64,000 nt of DNA from Candidatus Latescibacterota bacterium (GCA_965217585.1 OZ244561.1:5568001-5632000); one strand, 5' to 3'. Counted from the first letter of the stretch, positions 1-10,339 are shown. The notes: a model not told the origin generated them from the letters alone. Translations and numbers: made by a program.

Positions 1-975
1 GCCCTCGCAAAAGCCAGCGAAGAATTGCCGCTGTGGCATCTGCTGGCCTTTACCCGCTACTTCGGCGATACCCTCGTCGTCCAGCGCGAGCTGCGCTCCT
101 GGCTGGTGAACGTTTATCGGGGCGAGGAGTATGCCTTCTCCTTCTTCGTCGCCGAGGGCCAGTCCCTACAAGACCTGCTGCGCCGTTTCCTAACCCTAGC
201 GGATTGGGGCCACCTCGCGGGCACAACCTATCAGCTCGATAGCTGGCAGCCCCTCCTCCGTACCCGCTCACCCCGCTACGTGCAAAAAATCGCCACGGCC
301 CTAGCCGACGAGGGACTGCCCTGCACCGTCCAGACCCCGGTCCTGAGCCGCGACCCGCGCGGCCAGTTAATCCTGCTGGTCCCCGACCCCGCCCCGGCGG
401 CCATCGCGGTCCTGCACAAGGTGGAAGACCACCTCAGCACCCTCCGCGACCAAGCCACTGCCGCCTTTGCGGCAAACGACCGCGACCGCGAGCTAGCCAT
501 CTACGCCGAGCTTGTCGCCTACGGGCTGAACAACCCGGCCATCTACTACAACCTGGCCAGCGCACTCGCCGAAGCCGGGCGCTACGCCGAGGCCGCCACC
601 GCCTTTGTCGAAGCCGCATCCCTGAGCCTTGTCGCGCTCGACATCCAGGTCCCGTTCCAGTCCCGCCGGGGCGCCGGGGGGCTAGGGGGGATTTTCGGGA
701 TGGCGGGGACGTTGATCTCGGCGCTCAAACCGGACGAGAAGACGCCAACAGATGAGCAGCGCGAGGTCCCCGATTACATCGAAGACATTGAGCTACAGCT
801 TGCACATCTACTCAAACGCCTACCCCAAGACCTCAACATCCTCCACGCCCTAGCCGCCATCGCCGCCATCCGCCACGACGTCCCCCGCGCCCGCGAACAC
901 TACCGGCAAATCACAGAGATCAACCCCGCCGACGAAACGGCTAAGCGCTACTTGGCCGAACAGGCGGGCGAGTAG
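1..975 (+). CDS. TPR-containing protein, 5' partial (frame open from window start)
   Basis: No stop upstream of 25 in this frame. TPR-like helices near the C-terminus (IYYNLASALAEAGRYAEAATAF; ALAAIAAIRHDVPRAREHYRQITEINP). Confidence 0.7.
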   Translation, partial: ALAKASEELPLWHLLAFTRYFGDTLVVQRELRSWLVNVYRGEEYAFSFFVAEGQSLQDLLRRFLTLADWGHLAGTTYQLDSWQPLLRTRSPRYVQKIATALADEGLPCTVQTPVLSRDPRGQLILLVPDPAPAAIAVLHKVEDHLSTLRDQATAAFAANDRDRELAIYAELVAYGLNNPAIYYNLASALAEAGRYAEAATAFVEAASLSLVALDIQVPFQSRRGAGGLGGIFGMAGTLISALKPDEKTPTDEQREVPDYIEDIELQLAHLLKRLPQDLNILHALAAIAAIRHDVPRAREHYRQITEINPADETAKRYLAEQAGE

Positions 976-1024
976 AATTATAGAAAACTGGAGAAGAGTG
1001 ATGGCCGCGAACTCGTCCCGCCGT

Positions 1025-2101
1025 CTACCAAGACAACGGCTCGAATCCCATGCGCTGCGTCAGCTTGCGCGCGGCTTGCGCCACCTGCGGATGCGGGTCG
1101 TAGAGCGCGGCCTCAAAGCTGTCGCGATGCGTGCGCGGGTCGAGGCGGTCGAGGAACTTGGCCGCGCTCAGTCGCACGTGCGGCACCGGGTCGGTCAGGC
1201 CGCGCCAAAACCACTTTGGGGCCTCTTCCCCGCTGCGCAGGACGAGCACTTCAATGGCCGCGCCGCGCACCGCCTTGTGCTCGCTCGCCGCATACGGAGC
1301 CAGCACCTCCGACTGAATGTCCTCGCAGCGCCGCATCACCTTGAGGATGCCGACCGCGCTTTGCGGATGGTCCTCGCCGAGCAGCAATACGCACCACTCA
1401 AACAGGTCCGGGTCGGCTAAGTCGGCCAAAAGCTGTAGGCCGCGCACCTGCCGCTGCGGCTTGTCCGAGTCCAAACAAGCGATGGCCTCTTCCTCGCGGC
1501 GATCGGCGGGCGCTGCACTTTCGAACGCAGCCTGCTGCGCCTCAGCTTCCCGCGCCACCTTGGGCCAGACCCGCAAGTGCTCAAAGTCGATCTCCACCTC
1601 GGCAAAGCGGTCGGGGAGCCACTGTGCGGCGCGGGCGAGCAGCTCCTTCTCGCCGATCCGCGCATGGGGCTGGGTCGCTAGCCTGTTATCGATCCAGCGG
1701 GCCAAGCGCAAGACGCCCTCGTGGCGAGCGCTGACGCCTTTGTGCGCCTTGACGCCCAACACGGCGTTGATCCAGCGGGCGATCTCCTCGGCACTTTCCG
1801 GGATTCCCAGCCCGTAGTGGCTGCGCAGCGAGGACGCGGGAATGTCTCCGTTGATCGAGATGACCCCGCCGCTTTCGCGCACCTGCTTACTGCCGTAGCG
1901 CTGACGCAAGGTTTTCAAGTCCACATCTACGGCCAGCACGATGGGGCGATCCCGCGTGTGCCGCGATTTGGCGTGTGCCCGCTGCTTGGCGTAACTCTTG
2001 CTCCGCGAAAGCCACACTCGCCGCGAGGGCGACCGCGGCTGAAAGCCGTCGCGGGCGATCTGGTGCGCGGCGTGTCGCGTCGTGCCGTGATAGACGATCA
2101 T
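1025..2101 (-). CDS. Tpt1/KptA (ADP-ribosyltransferase fold)-like N-terminal domain fused to HEAT repeats
   Basis: N-terminus VYHGT..I..DGF.P....VWLS...A...PIVLAVD. C-terminal HEAT/PBS-like repeats (LTDPVPHVRLSAAKFL, ALYDPHPQVAQAA). AGGAGG RBS upstream. Confidence 0.65.
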   Translation of the reverse strand: MIVYHGTTRHAAHQIARDGFQPRSPSRRVWLSRSKSYAKQRAHAKSRHTRDRPIVLAVDVDLKTLRQRYGSKQVRESGGVISINGDIPASSLRSHYGLGIPESAEEIARWINAVLGVKAHKGVSARHEGVLRLARWIDNRLATQPHARIGEKELLARAAQWLPDRFAEVEIDFEHLRVWPKVAREAEAQQAAFESAAPADRREEEAIACLDSDKPQRQVRGLQLLADLADPDLFEWCVLLLGEDHPQSAVGILKVMRRCEDIQSEVLAPYAASEHKAVRGAAIEVLVLRSGEEAPKWFWRGLTDPVPHVRLSAAKFLDRLDPRTHRDSFEAALYDPHPQVAQAARKLTQRMGFEPLSW

Positions 2102-2157
2102 AATGGACCTCCTGACAATCGCGCCCTACTCGGACGCCTGTGGCCAGAATGGCGTTC

Positions 2158-3060
2158 TCACTTCACAATGTCAAGTTTTTCATCCGATTCTCGCGTGCAG
2201 CGAACCAAGCAGCGCAACTCGGCGAGCGGATCGGTTGGGCAGTTCCTTTGATACGTGCGCACCCGCTCCAGCCACGCGGCCTCCCAGTCGCCGCCCTGAT
2301 AGCGGTGCAACGTCGCCAAGGCACCTACGGCTGCGGCTTGGATGGCCCCCGGCTTTTCCGCGCTCCACACGCCAGCATTGCACGCGCTGCGGATGCCGCC
2401 GTCGGCCGGGTCCCAAGCCGCCTTTACGTGTTGGCGCAGGTAGCGACCCGCCAAGGCGATAAGGTGCGTCTCGCCTCGATGGCTAGCCTCGTCCAACACC
2501 GCCGTCAGCGCGGCGAGGGCCGCCTCGCTGTGTACATAGGCTCCCCAGTGATCGTCAAAGCGGAAGAAGTCGCGGCGCACGGCAAAGAGCAACAGCCCCG
2601 AGTCCGGATGGTAGTGGTAGTTCAAGATGGCGGCTACGGCGCGGGCAGCCGCTATTTGCAGTTCGCGGTCGGCGCGGGCGTACAAAAGGCACGTACACAC
2701 GCTTAGCACCTGCGCCCAGTCATTGAGGCAACGCGTCCCCTTGGGCATGGACTCACCGACGTAATCTGCCGCGTCGCAACGCGCCAGGCTTTGCAGCACA
2801 AGCGTCCGCGCCCGTTCCCAATATCCACAGACCGCCAGCCCCTCGGCCAACGCAAGGGAGTCGCAGACCGCAGCCCCGTCGCACTCGCTACGTCCTCTGC
2901 CCTCGGCCACCTGCTCGGCCAGCATCCGGTAGCGCGACTGATCCTGCAAATGCGCCAGTGCCCACAACAATTGGCCGTCCCGGAGCGCACTCGCACCCGT
3001 GCCGCCTGTCAACAGCGCCTCGACGGACTTGGCGGCCACCTCGGCGATCCGCTCGGCCAT
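2158..3060 (-). CDS. N-acylglucosamine 2-epimerase (AGE)-like alpha/alpha-barrel protein, divergent
   Basis: ATG 3060 lies right after the upstream stop. AWDPADGGI and EK..W-like motifs resemble the AGE/cellobiose epimerase family. Confidence 0.5.
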   Translation of the reverse strand: MAERIAEVAAKSVEALLTGGTGASALRDGQLLWALAHLQDQSRYRMLAEQVAEGRGRSECDGAAVCDSLALAEGLAVCGYWERARTLVLQSLARCDAADYVGESMPKGTRCLNDWAQVLSVCTCLLYARADRELQIAAARAVAAILNYHYHPDSGLLLFAVRRDFFRFDDHWGAYVHSEAALAALTAVLDEASHRGETHLIALAGRYLRQHVKAAWDPADGGIRSACNAGVWSAEKPGAIQAAAVGALATLHRYQGGDWEAAWLERVRTYQRNCPTDPLAELRCLVRCTRESDEKLDIVK

Positions 3061-3062
3061 TG

Positions 3063-4064
3063 CTAAAACTGCCCGCTGCGGGATTCGTATCCGGTCGGTT
3101 TGCCCAAGCTCGGACCGCCGGCCATGACCCACTCGGCCACCGCGTGCAGTATCTGTTCCGGGCCGACGCGCGGGCGGCCAAATTCCGCGCACAAGCGCTG
3201 GCTATTGCCCAAGAGGGCGTCTGGGGCTTCCGCGCCCGTAAAGCGGGGCGTCTTGCCCATGATCTTCCCTAGCTGTTCGGCTAACTCGCGCACGGATAAG
3301 GTCTCTGGACCGGTCAGGTTGATAATGTCGGCCGGGCTGTGGCACAAGGGGAAGAAGCGGCACAGATAGGCGTTGGCGTCGCCCTGCCAAATTTGGTTGA
3401 CGTACCCCATAGTCAGATCAATCGGCTCTTGCTGCCATACCTTATCGGCCAGATCGCGGATGATGCCGTAGCGCGGCTCGGTGGCGTAAAACAGCCGCAC
3501 AATCAGCAAGGGCGTCCCCCGCACCCGCGACGCGTACTGGGCGACCCGCTCCCCGCCCAAGCGCGATTGGGCGTATTCGCCCACCGGACCCAAGGCCCCA
3601 CCTTCGTCCGCCCCCGCCCCTGGGGCCTTGGCATACGCGTACACGTTGCCGGAACTCACATAGACGATCCGCGACTGTGCGTAGCGCGCCATCACCGCGC
3701 TGGGCAATGCAGTGTTCATCGCCCAAGTCGCATCCTCATTGCCAGTGGCACCAAACTTAAACCCAGCGAGCAAGAGGACGTTGGGCGCATCGGGCAGCTC
3801 CTTCAGCGCCTCTTCAGCTAGCAGGTCACAGGCGATGGTTTGCACGCCGATGTCCTCCAAGTAGCGCCGCTTTTCCGCATCCCCAAAGCGCGCCACCCCC
3901 ACCACCTGCTGCGCCCCGGCCCGCACCAACAGCTCGGCCAAGGTCGGTCCCATTTTGCCGCTGACCCCCAGCAGCAGGATCGGTCCGTCCAACTGGCGCA
4001 CGGCCTCCACGACTTCGGGCGTCGGGGTTGTCATGTCGTCTATGAGCGCGGCTTCGCTGACCAT
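3063..4064 (-). CDS. NAD-dependent epimerase/dehydratase (extended SDR)
   Basis: LLGVSGKMGPTL Rossmann motif, SSGNVY, EYAQSRLGGE. AGAGG RBS before ATG 4064. Confidence 0.85.
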   Translation of the reverse strand: MVSEAALIDDMTTPTPEVVEAVRQLDGPILLLGVSGKMGPTLAELLVRAGAQQVVGVARFGDAEKRRYLEDIGVQTIACDLLAEEALKELPDAPNVLLLAGFKFGATGNEDATWAMNTALPSAVMARYAQSRIVYVSSGNVYAYAKAPGAGADEGGALGPVGEYAQSRLGGERVAQYASRVRGTPLLIVRLFYATEPRYGIIRDLADKVWQQEPIDLTMGYVNQIWQGDANAYLCRFFPLCHSPADIINLTGPETLSVRELAEQLGKIMGKTPRFTGAEAPDALLGNSQRLCAEFGRPRVGPEQILHAVAEWVMAGGPSLGKPTGYESRSGQF

Positions 4065-4066
4065 TT

Positions 4067-5002
4067 TTACCTCTCTTTCACGCATTGCACGCCCTCGGCG
4101 GCGAGGCCGAGGACCAAGGTTCGCGCGGCAATCCCCTCTTTGGCCCACGCTTTCTGCATGGCCCCAGCCACCTCTGCACTTTGGCCGCTGACCAGCGCCA
4201 ACGCGGTCGGCCCGGCCCCGCTCAAAGCCGCGCCCAACGCCCCAGCCGCTGTGGCCGCCTCCAACACCGCCTCCATCCCCGGTACCAGTACCGTGCGATA
4301 GGGCTGGTGCAACCGATCTTGCATCCCGGTCTTCAGTAGGCTGTAGTCGCCCCGTTGCAGCGCCGCCACCAACAAGCCGACGCGCCCGGCGTTAAATATC
4401 GCGTCCCGCCGTTCAACCTGCTCCGGCAGCACGCTCCGCGACTTAGGCGTGGGCAGGGGAAAATCCGGTATGGCCACGACCGCGGCCAAATCCCTCGGCG
4501 GCTCGATCCGCGCCCACGCAACCTCCTCGCCGTCCAAGGCCGCGATGACGATCCCTCCCAACGCGCAGGGCGCGACATTGTCCGGGTGCCCCTCCACAGC
4601 CACGCCCTGCCGCAAGATTTCCTCCCGATCCAGCCCTATCCCGCATAGCTCGGTTCCGGCGGCCAACCCGGCGATCAGGGCCGCCGAGCTGCTGCCCAGC
4701 CCACTGGCCAGCGGAATCTGGCTGTCGATCGCCAAGCGCAGCCGCCCGGGCGTCTGGCCGGCCCGCGCATAGGCGCGCACCACCCCCTGATACACGGCGT
4801 TGCGCTCGTCCAAGGGCACGCTCGCGCTCCCCTCGCCCGTAGCCGCGATTTCCAAGCCCTCGCCCTCTTCTTCGTCCACCGCCAAATCCATGTACAATTC
4901 CAGCGCCAGTCCCAAGCAATCAAAGCCCGCTCCGAGATTCGCCGACGTGGCCGGTGCGCGCACTCTCACCTGTTTCACTGGCGGCGTGGCTGCCTTGTCC
5001 AT
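4067..5002 (-). CDS. thrB: homoserine kinase
   Basis: PATSANLGAGFD, GHMP motif IPLASGLGSSSA, EGHPDNVAP, DRLHQPYR, LSGAGPT. Confidence 0.95.
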   Translation of the reverse strand: MDKAATPPVKQVRVRAPATSANLGAGFDCLGLALELYMDLAVDEEEGEGLEIAATGEGSASVPLDERNAVYQGVVRAYARAGQTPGRLRLAIDSQIPLASGLGSSSAALIAGLAAGTELCGIGLDREEILRQGVAVEGHPDNVAPCALGGIVIAALDGEEVAWARIEPPRDLAAVVAIPDFPLPTPKSRSVLPEQVERRDAIFNAGRVGLLVAALQRGDYSLLKTGMQDRLHQPYRTVLVPGMEAVLEAATAAGALGAALSGAGPTALALVSGQSAEVAGAMQKAWAKEGIAARTLVLGLAAEGVQCVKER

Positions 5003-5054
5003 GGAGGATATCTTAGCCATTTTTACTTAAACCTCATTCCAACCCGATAAAACT

Positions 5055-5897
5055 ATGCGTATCGACTCTCATCTGCACGTCTTCGCCCGCCCCAGCGCCG
5101 AGTTCCCGCGCGAAATCACCGCGAGCATGCCCGCCGAGCGCGAAGCCCCCGTCGAGGATCTATTAGCGCACATGGCTGACCACGCCATCGACAAGGCCGT
5201 ACTCGTGCAAACCGGCGGCACCAGCCTCGCGCACCACGCCTATTTACAACACTGCCTGCGCACCTATCCCGACCGTTTCTTGGGTATCGGCTTGATACCG
5301 CCCGACGCGGACGCGCCCGCCGACCACATGGATCGCCTCGCTGAAGACGGCTCGATCATCGGCTTCCGGCTCCGCTCACTCGGCGACTTTTCTCGTCCTA
5401 TATGGGAACACGCCGCCCGCCAAGACTACGTGCTCTGGCTCTACCTGCGTGCTCCCTCTGCCCCGCTGGTGCCCCAGTTCCTCACCGCCTTTCCCCAAGT
5501 GCGCGTCGTGATCAATCACCTCATGGTTTGCCCACGCGAAGATCGATTTACTTGGGATGCCAAAGGCCGCCCGCAGATCGACGTGGAGATGCCGCCGCCG
5601 ACCGGGTTCCTCGGCCCCGCGCCCGATTCGCCCAACGTCTGCGTCCACCTGTCGGGTCAATACGCCATGGGCAAGGCGGCCTATCCCTATCCCGACTTAG
5701 CCGCTTGGCACCGCAGCCTGCTGTCCGCTTTTGGTGCCGAACGCCTGCTGTGGGCTTCGGATTTTCCCTGGATTGTAGCCGACCCCGGCTACGGCGAATG
5801 CGTCGAGGTCCTCGACCACCTTTTGCCCGATTTGAGCAGCGATCAGCGCCAGCTCATCATGGGCGAGACTGCACGGCGTTTCCTCGGCTTTCGCTGA
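5055..5897 (+). CDS. amidohydrolase family 2 (lactonase-like) protein
   Basis: IDSHLH, INHL and LLWASDFPW metal-binding motifs. Confidence 0.85.
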   Translation: MRIDSHLHVFARPSAEFPREITASMPAEREAPVEDLLAHMADHAIDKAVLVQTGGTSLAHHAYLQHCLRTYPDRFLGIGLIPPDADAPADHMDRLAEDGSIIGFRLRSLGDFSRPIWEHAARQDYVLWLYLRAPSAPLVPQFLTAFPQVRVVINHLMVCPREDRFTWDAKGRPQIDVEMPPPTGFLGPAPDSPNVCVHLSGQYAMGKAAYPYPDLAAWHRSLLSAFGAERLLWASDFPWIVADPGYGECVEVLDHLLPDLSSDQRQLIMGETARRFLGFR

Positions 5898-5908
5898 CGG
5901 AAGTGCAT

Positions 5909-5940
5909 AAAAAAATTCTTCAGGATTACCCTGAAGAATT
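5909..5940 (-). terminator. intrinsic terminator between convergent genes (after obgE)
   Basis: 11-bp perfect stem AATTCTTCAGG/CCTGAAGAATT with a 5-nt loop. The A-run on its left gives a U-tract on the minus strand. Confidence 0.7.
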
Positions 5941-5988
5941 GAAAAACAGAATTCAGGGATGCTTGGGACAGCGGTTCCACGCAGTCCC

Positions 5989-6996
5989 TCATGGGTCGTC
6001 CTTCCCCACTTCGTCAGCGCGAAATTTCTTCACCGCCTGCCCTACATCACGCAGCATCTCCGGCACTCCACGACCGCTGACGGCCGAGACCAAAAAACGC
6101 GGTGCGCGCAGGTCGGCAAACGGGTCTTCGAACTCCGCGTCCGGCCCCAGCAAGTCAGCCTTAGTCAGCGCGATACCAGCGGGCTTGTGCCGCATCCCGT
6201 CGTCGAAAGCATCCAACTCGCCGCGGAGGGCCTCCAGCTCGCCGCGCGGGTCCGGGCTGGTGCAATCAATGGCAAACAGCAGGATGCGCGTGCGCTCGAT
6301 GTGGCGCAGAAACCGCATACCCAAGCCCTTGCCCGCGTGCGCCCCCTCGATCAGCCCAGGCAAGTCGGCCAACACAAAACTCTCGCCCTCGGCCCACTGC
6401 ACAATCCCCAAGTGCGGCTCCAAAGTCGTAAAGGGATAGTCGGCAATTTTGGGACGGGCCGCGGAAAGCCGCGCCAGCAGCGTGGATTTGCCCGCGTTGG
6501 GAAAGCCCACCAGCCCCACATCCGCCAGTAACTTCAGCTCTAGCCGCACCACCATTTGCTCGCCTTCCCGCCCGGGATCGGCGCGCCGTGGGGCTTGCAC
6601 GCGGGACGTGGCAAAGCGGGCATTGCCCCGGCCCCCGCGCCCGCCCGTCAGCAGCACCAGCTCCTGCCCATCCTCGACCATGTCGCGGATCAGCGCTCCC
6701 TTTTCGTCGCACAAGATGGTGCCCAGCGGCACGCAGATGACCGCGTGCTCGCCGCGCTGGCCCGTCCTGCACTTGCCCTCGCCGTGGGCACCGCGGCCGG
6801 CGCGGATGTGGCGTTGGTAGCGGAAGTCGTGCAGCGTATTAAGCTGGGCATCAACGCGGAAGATCACGTCGCCCCCGTCGCCCCCGTCGCCCCCATCCGG
6901 CCCGCCCCGTGGCACGTACTTCTCGCGCCGAAACGAACAGCAGCCACTGCCGCCATGGCCCGACTCCACCGTGATGGTCATTTCGTCGATGAACAT
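5989..6996 (-). CDS. obgE: Obg family GTPase
   Basis: FRREKYVPRGGPDGGDGG, GFPNAGKST, YPFTT, DLPGLIEGA, TKAD. Confidence 0.97.
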   Translation of the reverse strand: MFIDEMTITVESGHGGSGCCSFRREKYVPRGGPDGGDGGDGGDVIFRVDAQLNTLHDFRYQRHIRAGRGAHGEGKCRTGQRGEHAVICVPLGTILCDEKGALIRDMVEDGQELVLLTGGRGGRGNARFATSRVQAPRRADPGREGEQMVVRLELKLLADVGLVGFPNAGKSTLLARLSAARPKIADYPFTTLEPHLGIVQWAEGESFVLADLPGLIEGAHAGKGLGMRFLRHIERTRILLFAIDCTSPDPRGELEALRGELDAFDDGMRHKPAGIALTKADLLGPDAEFEDPFADLRAPRFLVSAVSGRGVPEMLRDVGQAVKKFRADEVGKDDP

Positions 6997-7008
6997 GGGG
7001 GGGTCCGA

Positions 7009-8391
7009 CTAATATTCTTCCGGCTCCGCTCGCCATCCGGGTGCCATCGCCTCATACGTGGCACTTTCCTTGTTCCACATCAAATCCACTTTGCCGATGG
7101 GGCCGTTGCGCTGCTTGCCGATAATGATCTCGGCAAGGCCTTCGAGGCTCTCGCCGTCTGGGGACTTGAGCCCGTACATTTCCGGGCGATAGATGAACAT
7201 CACCACATCGGCGTCCTGTTCCAAGCTGCCCGACTCCCGCAAGTCCGATAGCTGCGGCCGCCGGTCCGTGCGGCTTTCTACGGCGCGCGACAACTGCGAC
7301 AAGGCCAAGACCGGCACGTCCAACTCTTTGGCCATGGCCTTGAGGCCGCGCGAGATATGCGAAATCTCCTGCTCGCGGCTCTGGGTCCTCATGTGCCCGC
7401 TCATGAGTTGGAGATAGTCAATCACGACCATGCCGATCCCATGCTCGCGCTGCAGGCGCCGCGCCTTGGCTCGCGCTTCGAGCACCGAGATGCTGGGCGT
7501 GTCGTCGATGTAGATAGGCGCTCGGGCCAAGCGGTCGATATTGTGCGTTAGGTGCATCCAGTCTTCGTCGCGCAGCCGCCCGGTGCGGAGCTTGTGCAAA
7601 TCGACCTTGGTCTCCACGCTGAGCAGGCGCTGAGCTAGTTGCATCTTAGACATTTCCAAGCTGAAAATCGCCATCCCGATCCCGGCGTCCACGGCCGCAT
7701 TGCGCGCCAGCGTCAGCGCTAGGGCTGTCTTGCCGACGCTGGGCCGCGCCGCGAGAATGATCAGATCGCCCTTCTGAAAGCCCGACATCTGGTCGTTGAG
7801 ATCGGCAAAACCCGTATCCACCCCCAAGACCGCTCCCGCCTGCGCTTGGATGCGCTCAAGGTGCTCAAACGTTTCGCCCATCACCTTCTCTAGCGGCTCA
7901 AAGCCCTCGCCGATTTGGTTTTCGCTCAGGCTGAAAAGCTGCTGCTCGGCACTGTCGATCAGGGTCTGGACGTCCTCATCGGCCGCGTACGCCCGCTCAA
8001 TGACTCTGCTGGCGGTCTCGATCAACTTGCGGCTCAGCGCCTTCTCCAAAACGATCTGCGAGTGAAAGTAGATATTGGCCGTCGTGGCCACTTCAGACCC
8101 CAGCTTGGCCAAATAGACGACCCCGCCGACGTCATCGAGTTGACCGCGGCGCTTGAGCTCCTCGGTCAAGGTTAGCTGATCGACCGGCGTGCCCTGCTCA
8201 AAAAGGTTGATCATGGCCGCGAATATCCGGCTGTGGGGGGCGTGGTAGAAACAGCTTTCGTCGAGGATTTCAACGGCGCGGACAATGGCCCGCTGCTCTA
8301 GCATCATCGCCCCGAGCACGGCCTGCTCGACCTCTACGGCCTGCGGCGGCATCCGCCCGATATCCTGCGCCTCCATTGGACTCTGGGTCAT
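7009..8391 (-). CDS. dnaB: replicative DNA helicase
   Basis: PPQAVEVEQAVLG, AARPSVGKT, IDYLQLM, SDLRESGSLEQDAD, KQRNGP. Likely start ATG 8391. No intein. Confidence 0.97.
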   Translation of the reverse strand: MTQSPMEAQDIGRMPPQAVEVEQAVLGAMMLEQRAIVRAVEILDESCFYHAPHSRIFAAMINLFEQGTPVDQLTLTEELKRRGQLDDVGGVVYLAKLGSEVATTANIYFHSQIVLEKALSRKLIETASRVIERAYAADEDVQTLIDSAEQQLFSLSENQIGEGFEPLEKVMGETFEHLERIQAQAGAVLGVDTGFADLNDQMSGFQKGDLIILAARPSVGKTALALTLARNAAVDAGIGMAIFSLEMSKMQLAQRLLSVETKVDLHKLRTGRLRDEDWMHLTHNIDRLARAPIYIDDTPSISVLEARAKARRLQREHGIGMVVIDYLQLMSGHMRTQSREQEISHISRGLKAMAKELDVPVLALSQLSRAVESRTDRRPQLSDLRESGSLEQDADVVMFIYRPEMYGLKSPDGESLEGLAEIIIGKQRNGPIGKVDLMWNKESATYEAMAPGWRAEPEEY

Positions 8392-8407
8392 GGTTAGCTC
8401 CAAAAAC

Positions 8408-9115
8408 TTAGAGTTCGACCCCGTCGTAGAGCTTCCGCACCCGCTTGATGTCCTCCCAAGTCGGGCGCTTCCACTGGGGGTTGCGCAACAGGGCCGCCGG
8501 GTGGTACGTGGCCACCAAGGGGATGCCCTCGTAGTGGTGAGATTGATCGCGCAAGCGGCCCATGGGATCGCGGCTGCGGAGCAGGGTCTGCGCGGCAAAG
8601 CGGCCCAAGGTGCAGATGACGCGGGGCTGGACGATTTCGATCTGGCGCTTGAGATACGGCTCGCACTGCTCGATCTCGTCGGGCTGGGGGTCGCGGTTAT
8701 TCGGCGGACGGCACTTGAGTATATTGCATATATAGACCTCGTCGCGGGATAGGCCCATGGCCTCGATAATCTTGGTCAGCAGTTGACCGGCTTTCCCCAC
8801 AAAGGGCTGACCCACGCGGTCTTCCTCAGCACCCGGAGCCTCACCGATGAACATAATGCCGGCCGCTGGATCGCCGCTGCCAAACACGAACTGCTGCCGC
8901 GTCGCGCCCAGCCGACAGCGGGTGCAATCGCAGATCTGGCGGCGAAAGGCTTCCAAGTCTCCGACCGCTGGTTGCTCCACTGTTTCCTCCAATGGTTGCT
9001 CCGAACCGGTCGCGGCAACCGACTCCGGTACCGCGAACTGGGTCCCCTCAAAGGCCACTAAATCGGATAGGTAGCGCCGGGCCTCGGACAGCGCGTTCTC
9101 ACTCCGCTCTTCCAT
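8408..9115 (-). CDS. uracil-DNA glycosylase family 4 (Fe-S)
   Basis: CTRC, GEAPGAEED, PFVG, KCRPP, YHPAALLR. Confidence 0.93.
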   Translation of the reverse strand: MEERSENALSEARRYLSDLVAFEGTQFAVPESVAATGSEQPLEETVEQPAVGDLEAFRRQICDCTRCRLGATRQQFVFGSGDPAAGIMFIGEAPGAEEDRVGQPFVGKAGQLLTKIIEAMGLSRDEVYICNILKCRPPNNRDPQPDEIEQCEPYLKRQIEIVQPRVICTLGRFAAQTLLRSRDPMGRLRDQSHHYEGIPLVATYHPAALLRNPQWKRPTWEDIKRVRKLYDGVEL

Positions 9116-9139
9116 GGGGACATCCTCGCTAAGTACAGG

Positions 9140-10339
9140 TTAAACGACCGCTTCCCACCGCGTCCGCACCCAGTCGAGGATGCGGTCGGCGACCGCGGAT
9201 TTGCTCAGCAGAGGCAGGGCTTCCTCTTCGCCGGCGACGTCGATCAGGGTAACGCGATTGGTGTCGCCGGCAAAACCAGCCCCCTCGTCGTTGAGCATAT
9301 TGAGCACGATTAAGTCGCCCCCTTTGCGCACCAGCTTCTCCCACGCCCGCTCCAGCCCCTTTTCCGTCTCCATCGCAAAGACGACCAGCAGCCGCCGGCC
9401 CTTGCACCGACCCAGCCCAGCGGCAATATCCGGGTTTTCGACCAACTCGACAGAGCGGGACGCCGCGCCGCGCTTGATTTTTTGCGCGGCCACCTCCTTG
9501 GCGCGGTAGTCGGCCGGGGCCGCCGCCAAAATCGCCCCATCTACTTGCTCGAACAAGGCTTCGACCGCGCGCTGCATGTCGAGCGTCGAGCGCATCAACT
9601 GTCGCTCCACGCCAGCGGGCGCGGGCAGGGCGGTCGGCCCGGAAACCAGCCACACGCGCGCCCCGCGCGCAGCGGCGCGCTCGGCTATCGCGTAGCCCAT
9701 CTTGCCCGACGAGCGATTGGAGATAAAGCGCACCGGATCGAGGTCCTCAACCGTGGGACCGGCCGTTACCAGCAGCTTCAGCCCATCCAAGTCGCCGCTG
9801 AAATGCGCCGCCACCGCCGCGACCAACTCCGCTGGCTCGGGCATCCGCCCGCGGCCAACCGCACCCGACGCCAAAGGCCCCACCCCCGGGTCGAGCAGGT
9901 GGAACCCCCGCTGCGCTAAGGTCTGCACATTGGCCTCGACCGCGGGATTGGCGAACATGTTTTCCTCCATCGACGGTGCCAGCAGGACGGGCACATCCGC
10001 GCTCAACAACACCGAGGTGAGCAGGTCGTCGGCCAAGCCACCGGCTACGCGCCCCAAGCAGTGCGCCGTAGTCGGGGCCACCAAAATCAAGTCGGCCCAC
10101 TCGGCTAACCCCACGTGCAGGACGGGAAATTCCGCGTCGCGGCTGAACAAGTCGGTGTACACCGAATGGCGGGAAAGCACCTCCAAAGTCTTGGGCGCGA
10201 CGAACTCGCCAGCCGCGCGGGTCAACACCACCCGCACCTCGGCCCCGCCAGCCGTCAGCAACCGCACGATCTCCGGCGTCTTGTACGCGGCAATGCCGCC
10301 GGTGATCCCGAGCAGGATGTTGCGGCCCTGCAAGCTCAT
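9140..10339 (-). CDS. coaBC: bifunctional phosphopantothenoylcysteine decarboxylase/synthetase
   Basis: GITGGIAAYK, TAGPTVEDLDPVRFISNRSSGKMG, NPDI. ATG 10339 overlaps the upstream stop. Confidence 0.95.
   Translation of the reverse strand: MSLQGRNILLGITGGIAAYKTPEIVRLLTAGGAEVRVVLTRAAGEFVAPKTLEVLSRHSVYTDLFSRDAEFPVLHVGLAEWADLILVAPTTAHCLGRVAGGLADDLLTSVLLSADVPVLLAPSMEENMFANPAVEANVQTLAQRGFHLLDPGVGPLASGAVGRGRMPEPAELVAAVAAHFSGDLDGLKLLVTAGPTVEDLDPVRFISNRSSGKMGYAIAERAAARGARVWLVSGPTALPAPAGVERQLMRSTLDMQRAVEALFEQVDGAILAAAPADYRAKEVAAQKIKRGAASRSVELVENPDIAAGLGRCKGRRLLVVFAMETEKGLERAWEKLVRKGGDLIVLNMLNDEGAGFAGDTNRVTLIDVAGEEEALPLLSKSAVADRILDWVRTRWEAVV

Noticed and set aside
7009-8598. N-terminal extension or intein in DnaB
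   Set aside because: The extension overlaps the UDG gene. Starting at 8391 gives normal length, and there are no intein motifs.
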